Translations under genes and position numbers: made by a program
Shown here: positions 17,205-24,650 of the stretch, piece after piece
Numbering within the stretch: the stretch's first letter is position 1
How the letters are laid out: each line of letters begins with the position of its first letter
The notes under the pieces: generated by a model
What the model was told of the DNA's origin: nothing
The model's input: the letters and a program-made list of their open reading frames with translations, nothing else
The model's database searches: none
Assembly (NCBI RefSeq): GCF_014647915.1
Contig: NZ_BMQC01000003.1
Location: 315,800 to 347,799, forward strand
DNA length: 32,000 nucleotides
DNA from: Pilimelia terevasa
Lineage (GTDB): Bacteria > Actinomycetota > Actinomycetes > Mycobacteriales > Micromonosporaceae
Direction: 5' to 3'

Positions 17205-18709
17205 TGCGCGTCCTGGTGACCGGCGCGACCGGCTACATCGGGGGGCGGCTCGCGCCGCGCCTGGCCCAGGCCGGGTACGCGGTGCGCTGCCTGTCCCGGT
17301 CGCCGCGGCGGCTCGCCGACGTGCCCTGGGCGGCCGGGATGGAGGTCGCCGAGGGGGACGTGACCCGCCCCGACACGCTCGGCCCGGCGCTGGCCGGCGT
17401 CGACGTCGCGTACTACCTCGTCCACGCCCTGGGCAGCGCCGACTTCGAGGCCGCCGACCGCGCCGGGGCGGCCGCGTTCGCCGCCGCCGCGCGGGCCGCC
17501 GGGGTACGCCGGATCATCTACCTCGGCGGGCCGGCGCCCGAGGGCGGGCGCAGCTCCGCGCACCTGCGCTCGCGCGACGAGGTCGCCCGGATCCTGCTGG
17601 ACAGCGGCGTGCCCACGGTCGTCCTGCGGGCCGCCGTGATCCTGGGCTCCGGGTCCGCGTCGTTCGAGATGCTGCGCTACCTCACCGAGCGGCTGCCGGC
17701 GATGGTCACGCCGCGCTGGGTGGAGAACCGGATCCAGCCGATCGCGGTCCGCGACGTCCTGCACTACCTGCTCGCCGCGGCGCGGCTGCCCGCCGGCACG
17801 CACGGGGACTTCGACATCGGCGGACCCGACGTCCTGACGTTCGCCGAGATGATGCAGCGGTACGCGCGGGTGGCGGGCCTGCCGCCGCGGGTGATCGTCC
17901 CGGTCCGCGTCCTGACCCCCCGGCTGTCCGCGTACTGGGTCGGCCTGGTCACGCCCGTGCCCGGCGCGCTGGCCCGGCCGCTGGTGGCCAGCCTCGTCCA
18001 CGAGGCGGTGTGCCGGGACGACCGGATCTCCGACCTCGTCCCGCCCCCGCCCGGCGGGCGCACCGGCGTGGACGCCGCGATCGGCCTGGCGCTGTCCCGG
18101 ATCCGGGCCGGCGCGGTGGAGACCCGCTGGTCCAGCGCGGCCGCGCCGTCGGACCCGCTGCCCACCGACCCGGACTGGGCCGGCGGCTCGCTGTACACCG
18201 ACGTGCGGGTCGCCGAGGTCGACGCGTCGGCCGGCGGGCTGTGGCGGGTCATCGAGGCCGTCGGCGGCGAGCGCGGGTGGTACTCGTTCCCGCTGGCCTG
18301 GGCCGTGCGCGGCTGGCTGGACACGCTCGCCGGGGGCGTCGGGCTGCGCCGCGGCCGGCGCGACCCCGACCGGCTGCACCTGGGCGAGGCGCTGGACTTC
18401 TGGCGCGTCGAGGAGATCGAGCGCGGACGGCTGCTGCGGCTGCGCGCGGAGATGCGGCTGCCCGGCCGGGCGTGGCTGGAGCTGCGGGTCCGCACCGACG
18501 GCGGCCGCACCCGCTACGCCCAGCGGGCCGTGTTCCGGCCGCGCGGCCTGGCCGGGCACCTCTACTGGTACGCGGTGTCGCCGTTCCACGCCGTGGTGTT
18601 CGGGGGGATGGCCCGCAACATCGCCCGCGCGGCCCGCCGCCACGACCGGCGGGCCGCCGGCCACCCGGACCGGCCGGACCGGCCGGCCGCCGCGGACGCG
18701 GCCACCTAG
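17204..18709 (+). CDS. NAD(P)-binding SDR/NmrA-like protein with C-terminal DUF2867-like domain
   Basis: MRVLVTGATGYIGGRLAPRLAQAGYAVRCLSR; C-terminal LWRVIEAVGGERGWYSFP...DFWRVEEIERGRLLRLRAEMRLPGRAWLELRV...YWYAVSPFH. Start overlaps the tspO stop (TGATG). Confidence 0.9.
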   Translation: MRVLVTGATGYIGGRLAPRLAQAGYAVRCLSRSPRRLADVPWAAGMEVAEGDVTRPDTLGPALAGVDVAYYLVHALGSADFEAADRAGAAAFAAAARAAGVRRIIYLGGPAPEGGRSSAHLRSRDEVARILLDSGVPTVVLRAAVILGSGSASFEMLRYLTERLPAMVTPRWVENRIQPIAVRDVLHYLLAAARLPAGTHGDFDIGGPDVLTFAEMMQRYARVAGLPPRVIVPVRVLTPRLSAYWVGLVTPVPGALARPLVASLVHEAVCRDDRISDLVPPPPGGRTGVDAAIGLALSRIRAGAVETRWSSAAAPSDPLPTDPDWAGGSLYTDVRVAEVDASAGGLWRVIEAVGGERGWYSFPLAWAVRGWLDTLAGGVGLRRGRRDPDRLHLGEALDFWRVEEIERGRLLRLRAEMRLPGRAWLELRVRTDGGRTRYAQRAVFRPRGLAGHLYWYAVSPFHAVVFGGMARNIARAARRHDRRAAGHPDRPDRPAAADAAT

Positions 18710-20445
18710 CCGCCCGCCAGGAGGAGCTGGTCCACCGGCGCGTAGTCGTCGGTCAGCACGCGCGCGCCGCCGGCGAAGGCCCGCGCCTGCGCGCCGTCCA
18801 GCACCCGCACCGAGCCCGGCGCCAGGCCGGCCAGGCGGCGCGTCCAGTCGGCCATCGGCAGGGGCGCCGTCGACGCGACGATGACGAAGTTCGCGCCGGC
18901 CCGGCCGGCCGCCGCCGCCGGCGTGGAGGCCAGCGCGACGTACGGGAAGACCGCCGCGACGGTGGCGACCTCGGCCCGGACGAAGCGGTACGGCGGGTGG
19001 TCGATGACGTTCTGCGCGTACCGGCCGCCGGGCCGCAGCACCCGGCGCACGTCGGCGACCAGCTCGCGGGTCGCCAGGTGCCACGGCACCACCAGGTGCC
19101 CGAACGCGTCGCCGATCAGCAGGTCGCGGCTGGCGTCGGGCTCAGCGGCCAGGTGCACCCGCGCGTCGCCCGTGCGCACCCGCAGCCGCGGCCCGGTGCG
19201 CAGGCCCAGCCGCTCGCGGTCCAGGGCGACGAGCCGGTCGTCGAGTTCGAGGACCAGGCTGTCGCTGCCCGGCCGGTTGGCCTCCAGGAACCGGGGCAGG
19301 GTGAACCCGCCGCCGCCCAGGTGCAGGGCCTGCACCGGGGTACCGGGCGGCGCGGCGGCCTCGGTCAGCGCCGCGATCCACTGCACGTACCCGTACCGCA
19401 GGTAGGTCGGGTCGGCGAGGTCGACGTACGAGTGGGCGGCCGAGTTCAGGACCAGCGTCCGGCCCTGCGCGCGCTGCGGGTCGACGACCACCTCGGCGCA
19501 GTGGTACGCCGTCTCCCGGGTACACGGGTTGGGCGCGACCGCGGTCAGCGCCGCGCCGCCGACGGCGGCCACGGCCAGCCCCAGGCTGGTCACGCCGCGC
19601 GCGGTCACGGCCGGGTCGCTCGCGCCGCGGTCCGCCCGGTGCAGGTACAGCCCCAGCCCGACGCCCGCCAGGCCGAGCGCGGCGGCCAGGACCAGCATGA
19701 TCACGCTGCTGGGCAGCGCGGCGACTAACACGAACCCGGTACCGAGGGTCGCGGTCACGGCGCCGAGCGTGCCGACGCTGGACAGCCGCCCGACGACGTG
19801 CCCGGTCCGGCGCAGGTCGGCCAGTTGCAGCTTGACGACCAGCGGGGTGACGGCGGAGAGCAGGGCCGCCGGGGCGAACACGGCGGCGGCGGTGAGGGCC
19901 AGGACGCCCGGGGCGCTGCTGCCGCGCAGCGCCTCCCCGGCGTACCGGACGATCGGCAGGGTGAGGCCGGTGGCGACGCCGGCCAGCACGAGGGTGGGGG
20001 CGAGCAGGCGGCGCGGGTCCCGGCGGTCGGCGAACCAGCCGCCGGTCCACGCGCCGTAGGCGATGGCGGCCAGGGCCAGGCCGATGACGGCGCTGCTGGT
20101 CTGGAGGGTGACGCCGACGTACGGGCCGATCAGGCGCAGCGCGACGACCTCCAGCACGAGGACGGCGCCGCTGGCGAGGAACACCAGCGTGCCGGCCAGC
20201 CAGGTCGGCAGCGCCCGGCCGGCCGCGGCGACGGCGACCCGCTCCGCGGGGGACGCGGCGGGCGGCGGGGCGGCGGTTCCCCCGGCGCCGGAGGGTCCCG
20301 GGGGGCCGGGGGCGGCGGGCGATCCCGCGCCGTGCGCGGGTCCGGCGGCGCCGGAGGGTGTGGCGGGGTCGGGCTGGCGGGCGTCGGGGCCGGCTGGGTT
20401 GTCCACGCCGCCATCCTGCCGCCCCGCGCCCGCCGGATCCCTCAA
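18706..20445 (-). CDS. fused MFS-type membrane/spermidine synthase-like protein
   Basis: Multiple TM segments (FLASGAVLVLEVVALRLIGPYVGVTLQTSSAVIGLALAAIAYGAW) followed by methyltransferase-like LHLGGGGFTLPRFL...VLELDDRLV...GDAFG. GTG at 20406 is an alternative start. Confidence 0.85.
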   Translation of the reverse strand: MRDPAGAGRQDGGVDNPAGPDARQPDPATPSGAAGPAHGAGSPAAPGPPGPSGAGGTAAPPPAASPAERVAVAAAGRALPTWLAGTLVFLASGAVLVLEVVALRLIGPYVGVTLQTSSAVIGLALAAIAYGAWTGGWFADRRDPRRLLAPTLVLAGVATGLTLPIVRYAGEALRGSSAPGVLALTAAAVFAPAALLSAVTPLVVKLQLADLRRTGHVVGRLSSVGTLGAVTATLGTGFVLVAALPSSVIMLVLAAALGLAGVGLGLYLHRADRGASDPAVTARGVTSLGLAVAAVGGAALTAVAPNPCTRETAYHCAEVVVDPQRAQGRTLVLNSAAHSYVDLADPTYLRYGYVQWIAALTEAAAPPGTPVQALHLGGGGFTLPRFLEANRPGSDSLVLELDDRLVALDRERLGLRTGPRLRVRTGDARVHLAAEPDASRDLLIGDAFGHLVVPWHLATRELVADVRRVLRPGGRYAQNVIDHPPYRFVRAEVATVAAVFPYVALASTPAAAAGRAGANFVIVASTAPLPMADWTRRLAGLAPGSVRVLDGAQARAFAGGARVLTDDYAPVDQLLLAGG

Positions 20446-20575
20446 CCGCCGCGCCGGGCCGCGTGTCCCGTGGGTTCGTGGTTCCTCCGCGTGGCAGCCG
20501 TGGGGTGGCGGGTGCCCGCGGCGGTCGCGGCGGCGGGGGTCAGGCCGGGTCAGCGGCGGCGGGGGTCGGGCCGGG

Positions 20576-20803
20576 TCAGCGGCGGCGAAGGAGGAGCCAG
20601 CCCAGGACGACCGGGGCCACCGCGGTGAGCGCGACCGCGGCGGCCAGGAGCAGGGCCCGGCCGGCCGTGACGCCGGACGTCGGGCCGCCGCCGAGGAGCA
20701 TGGCGGCCAGGACGCCGCCGCCCGCGGCGGTGACCATGGCGAGGGTGACGACCAGCGTCGTGGCGGAGGCGGCGCGCGGACGGGGCGGCGGGTGCGCGGT
20801 CAT
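20576..20803 (-). CDS. small two-TM hypothetical membrane protein
   Basis: ATTLVVTLAMVTAAGGGVLAAMLLGG...RALLLAAAVALTAVAPVVLGWLLLRRR; start MTAHPPP. Confidence 0.5.
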   Translation of the reverse strand: MTAHPPPRPRAASATTLVVTLAMVTAAGGGVLAAMLLGGGPTSGVTAGRALLLAAAVALTAVAPVVLGWLLLRRR

Positions 20804-21288
20804 GACCCGGACCGTAGTCACCCGCGGATCCACTGTGGCGGGTTCAGCGAAATGTCTCCCGGGTCGGGTGACCCCGACCCGGGCTCATCCGATGACGTAC
20901 CGTCACCGAACGGCCGGCGCACACTCCCCCACGACGCCGGTACTGCCGAAATATCGTCCCGGTTCCCGGCCGCGTGGGCGGTAGGCGTGGTTATGCGAGA
21001 AGCAACAGATACCTGGAACCCCACTACTAGTGGTCCCTCCGGACACCATCCGCAACGAGAGGTCGTCGCCCGGTCGGCCGGATCGCCACGATGCTGACGG
21101 CCTGCGGTACCGAGTCGGACAAATCCGCGCGCAATTCTGTCCGCATTACCCGCAATTGACAGGCTATCGACACCCCGAAGGGAGGAACCACAATAGGTAT
21201 TGAACCGGATGAGTACGGTGAATGGTCGATCCTTTACTGACCATGCGAACCATTGGCCGTCGTCTTCTCGCTGCATAGCGTGGCCGTC

Positions 21289-22179
21289 ATGTCCCGCGAA
21301 CACGCCCCCCTCACGCGTGAGCGTCCGGCCGAAACCGCCGAGCGCCGCCCGTCTGTGCGCATGTCGCGAAACAGCACGGCGGGTGGACAGGTGCACGACC
21401 GGCCCTCCGGTGACTGGGGTCCACCTGACCGTCCGCTACCGCGGCACACCGGCGCCCGCCCGCCGGGTACGAGCAGCCGACACCGGGTCGCCGGCCGGCG
21501 GCGGCGCCGCCCGCTCGTCCTCGGCACCATGCTGGCGTGCGCGTTCGGCCTGGTGGTCGCCGTGGTGCTGGCCGGTGTCGTTCCCGGCACCACCGTCGCC
21601 GGGCGGGACCTCGCCGCCAACGCCGACGAGGCAGCGATCATCGACCGCAACCGCCAGGACGACAGTCGCCGGGACAACCCCGAGGCGTCGCGGGGCCAGC
21701 GCCGGGCGGCCCCTGCGCTGTCGGGCAAACCGGCGGCCAAACCGGTCCGGCCGGTCGCCGGCCTCAGCAGCACGCAGATGGCCAACGCGCAGGTGATCGT
21801 CCTGGCGGCCCGCAAGCGCAAGCTCCCCTCTCGGGCGATGCTGGTGGGGCTGATGACGGCCATGCAGGAGACGAACCTGCGCAACCTCGCCAATCCGGGT
21901 GTACCGGCGTCGCTGCGCCACCAGAACGACGGGACCGGCACCGACCACGACTCCGTCGGGGTGTTCCAGCAGCGGCCGAGCCAGGGCTGGGGTTCGGTGG
22001 CGGAGCTGATGGACCCGCACTACGCGGCCGGCGCCTTCTTCGGCAGGCTGGAGCGCACCCCGGGCTGGGAGAAGCTGCCGCTGACCCGGGCGGCGCAGAC
22101 GGTCCAGCGGTCGGCGTTCCCCAGCGCCTACGCCAAGCACGAGACCAAGGCCCGCAAGATCGTCGCCGCCCTCGCCTGA
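21289..22179 (+). CDS. membrane-anchored/secreted lytic-transglycosylase-like protein
   Basis: TM RPLVLGTMLACAFGLVVAVVLAGVV; domain RAMLVGLMTAMQETNLRNLANP...SVGVFQQRPSQGWGSVAELMDPHYAAGAFF. Start uncertain (21253, 21289 or 21361). Confidence 0.75.
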   Translation: MSREHAPLTRERPAETAERRPSVRMSRNSTAGGQVHDRPSGDWGPPDRPLPRHTGARPPGTSSRHRVAGRRRRRPLVLGTMLACAFGLVVAVVLAGVVPGTTVAGRDLAANADEAAIIDRNRQDDSRRDNPEASRGQRRAAPALSGKPAAKPVRPVAGLSSTQMANAQVIVLAARKRKLPSRAMLVGLMTAMQETNLRNLANPGVPASLRHQNDGTGTDHDSVGVFQQRPSQGWGSVAELMDPHYAAGAFFGRLERTPGWEKLPLTRAAQTVQRSAFPSAYAKHETKARKIVAALA

Positions 22180-22189
22180 TCGGGCCGCC

Positions 22190-23356
22190 TCACCCGGACG
22201 CCGGCCCGGACCGGTCGGAGTCGGCGCTGGCGCCGCGGTCGGCCGCGGCGGGCGCGTCAGCGGGGTCCGGATCCCCGGCGGCGCGGGCGTCCGGGTCGTC
22301 GAAGGCCGGCGCGGCCGGTACCGCGCGGTCGTCGCGCATCGCCAGGAACGGCTCCCGGGTCGGGTCGAACCCGGCCGACGCCACGCGGGTGCGCTCCAGT
22401 TCGGCGTCGAAGGTCGCGCCCAGCAGCAGCACGATGTTCGAGATCCACAGCCACACCAGGAACACGATCACCCCGGCGATGGCCCCGTACGTCTTGCTGT
22501 AGTTGCCGAACGTGGACGCGTACAGCGAGAACGCCACCGACGTGACCACCCACAGTACGACCGCCAGCAGGCCGCCCGGCGACACCCAGCGCAGCCCGCC
22601 CTGGCGCGCGTTCGGGGTCGCCCGGTAGAGGGTCGCCACGACGAGGCTGACGAGGACGGCCAGGATCGGCCACTTCACGACCGCCCAGACGGTCACCGCC
22701 CCGCCCCCGACGCCCACCAGCTCCCCGACCCAGCGGGCGACCGGCCCGCTGACCACGACGATGAGGACGCTCGCCGCGAGCATCACCCCGGTCAGCAGCG
22801 TCACGCCGACCTGGAGCGGGATCGTCTTCCACAGCGGCCGGCCCTCGGGTACCTGGTAGATCGCGTTGGCGGCGCGGATGAACGCGCCGACGTACCCGGA
22901 GGCGGCCCAGACGGCACCGAGCAGACCGACGACGGCGGCCAGCCCGGCGGCCTGGCTGCCGCTCAGGTCGCGCATCGCGTCGAAGACCAGGGTGCGGACC
23001 TCGGGGGGCGCGACGGCGACGACCTGGCCGATCACCTCGTCGGCGGTCGAGTCGCCGAGCAGCCCCAGGGTCGACACCATGATCAGCAGAGCCGGGAACA
23101 GGGAGAGGACGCCGTAGTAGGTCAGGGCGGCGGCCCGGTCGGTGAGCTGGAGGCGGGAGATCGACAGGCCGGCGCGCTTGGCGGCCAGCCACCACGACCG
23201 GCCGCTCAGCTCGGTCGGGCTCGCCGGCCCGTCGTCCGGCCCGGGCAGCCGGCGCCCCCCGGCCGCCGCCGCGTCCGGCCCGTCGTCGGCGACCGCCGCG
23301 AGGTGCCGTGCGTCCCGGTCGCCGTGCCGCGGATTGTTCCGCACTCCCTGGCTCAT
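22190..23356 (-). CDS. YihY/BrkB family membrane protein
   Basis: RLQLTDRAAALTYYGVLSLFPALLIMVSTLGLLG, LWAxSGYVGAF-like block, NARQGGLRWVSPGGLLAVVLWVVTSVAFSLYASTFGNYSKTYGAIAGVIVFLVWLWISNIVLLLGATFDAELER. Confidence 0.93.
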   Translation of the reverse strand: MSQGVRNNPRHGDRDARHLAAVADDGPDAAAAGGRRLPGPDDGPASPTELSGRSWWLAAKRAGLSISRLQLTDRAAALTYYGVLSLFPALLIMVSTLGLLGDSTADEVIGQVVAVAPPEVRTLVFDAMRDLSGSQAAGLAAVVGLLGAVWAASGYVGAFIRAANAIYQVPEGRPLWKTIPLQVGVTLLTGVMLAASVLIVVVSGPVARWVGELVGVGGGAVTVWAVVKWPILAVLVSLVVATLYRATPNARQGGLRWVSPGGLLAVVLWVVTSVAFSLYASTFGNYSKTYGAIAGVIVFLVWLWISNIVLLLGATFDAELERTRVASAGFDPTREPFLAMRDDRAVPAAPAFDDPDARAAGDPDPADAPAAADRGASADSDRSGPASG

Positions 23357-23440
23357 GCATTCCCCTTACCCGCAATCAGGGGTTTTCCCGCGGGCGGCCC
23401 CGAAAAACCGCGGAAATCCCGCGGCCGCGCTCCGGTGGGG

Positions 23441-24391
23441 TCAGTACGCCGGCTGGGAGCCCTTGCGCACGAGGGTGCGGCCGGCCGGGGCCAGCAGCAC
23501 GATCCAGGACGAGGACCGGTACTGCGTCGTGGCCAGCAGCCGGGTGCCGTCGACGTAGGTCGACTCGCGGTCCAGGGGTTCGCCCCGCGTGCGGGTCGCG
23601 CCCGTGGCGAGGTCCTGCTCCTCCACGTGCAGCGGCTGGTCCTGGGCGGCCGTCGGCCCCTCGGCGTACGCGGAGTAGGTCAGCGCCGCGCCGTCGGGCC
23701 GGAACGAGGGCACCACGGCGAAGCCGGTCAGCGCGCTGCCGCCGCCGCCGTACCCGGCGACCAGCCGCTCGCCGCCGGTGGCGACGTTGCCCAGCGTCAG
23801 GCAGTCGTCGAGGACCGCCTCGCAGTCGCCGCCCCGGAAGGCGATCCGGGCGCCGTCGGGCGACCACGCGACCCCGTCGTCGTGGCGCAGCCGCGCGGTC
23901 AGCGAGCCGCCGGCCGCCTCGGGCGCGGGGGCCGGCGGGATCTCCCGGTCCCGGCACGCCGCCGGGAACAGGGCGGTGAGGGCGCCGCCGGTGGCGGGGG
24001 CGCGGTAGACGCCCGGCCCGCCCAGGCAGGCCGCCGACACCAGCGCCAGCGACCGCCCGTCGGGCGCCCAGGCGGCGCCGCCGACCGGGCGGGCGGTGAC
24101 CCGGGTGCGGGCCGTGCCGTCGGCCTTCATCACGTACACCTGGTCACCCCGCAGGACCACCAGCCGCGTGTGGTCCGGCGACCAGCGGGGGCGCCGGTGG
24201 CCGCCGCCGGTGGTGACGCGGCGCTCGGTCGGGCCCCGGGACACCCAGACGTCGCCGTCGCGGACATACGCCACGAGCTTGTCGAACACCGGCATCGCGG
24301 CCCGGGCCGGTGCGGGCGCGCCGAGCAGGCCGGCCGCCACCGCCGCCGCGGTGAGGACGGCCCCGGAGCCGCCGCGAAGAGCTCCGACCAT
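23441..24391 (-). CDS. secreted TolB-like beta-propeller (PD40/WD40-like) protein
   Basis: Signal segment; repeats DGDVWVSRGPTERRVTTGGGHRRPRWSPDHTRL, GDQVYVMKADG, GGAAWAPDGRSLALVS, GVAWSPDGARIAFRG. Start at ATG 24391 (MVGALRGG); the ORF opens at 24619. Confidence 0.85.
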   Translation of the reverse strand: MVGALRGGSGAVLTAAAVAAGLLGAPAPARAAMPVFDKLVAYVRDGDVWVSRGPTERRVTTGGGHRRPRWSPDHTRLVVLRGDQVYVMKADGTARTRVTARPVGGAAWAPDGRSLALVSAACLGGPGVYRAPATGGALTALFPAACRDREIPPAPAPEAAGGSLTARLRHDDGVAWSPDGARIAFRGGDCEAVLDDCLTLGNVATGGERLVAGYGGGGSALTGFAVVPSFRPDGAALTYSAYAEGPTAAQDQPLHVEEQDLATGATRTRGEPLDRESTYVDGTRLLATTQYRSSSWIVLLAPAGRTLVRKGSQPAY

Positions 24392-24650
24392 GACGTGCCT
24401 CCCCGACCTACTGCACCTGTACCAGGACCCATCGTCGCAACCGGCGTGCACCTGAGTTCTTCCCCGACGGCAACTGTCCGACTTTCTCCTGGGGACACGG
24501 CCGACTTCTCCCGAAGCCCGGCCGGCGACCCCCGCGGGCGGGTACACCTCCACAGGGGCGGTGTTCCGGGTGCACTCATGTCCGGGCCGGGACCGCCGAA
24601 GGGCAGTGCACTGGAGCACTGTCCGTACGCGATGGGGGTTGGCGGTACCC

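Noticed and set aside
20818-21396. 192-aa minus-strand ORF in the intergenic gap
   Set aside because: No hydrophobic core pattern, no motif, overlaps the likely 5' region of the plus-strand 21289 gene. Kept as non-coding or uncertain.
23408-23424. CCGCGG-AAATC-CCGCGG repeat between the beta-propeller and YihY genes
   Set aside because: Each unit is a short GC palindrome expected often by chance at this base composition. No supporting context for a regulatory role.
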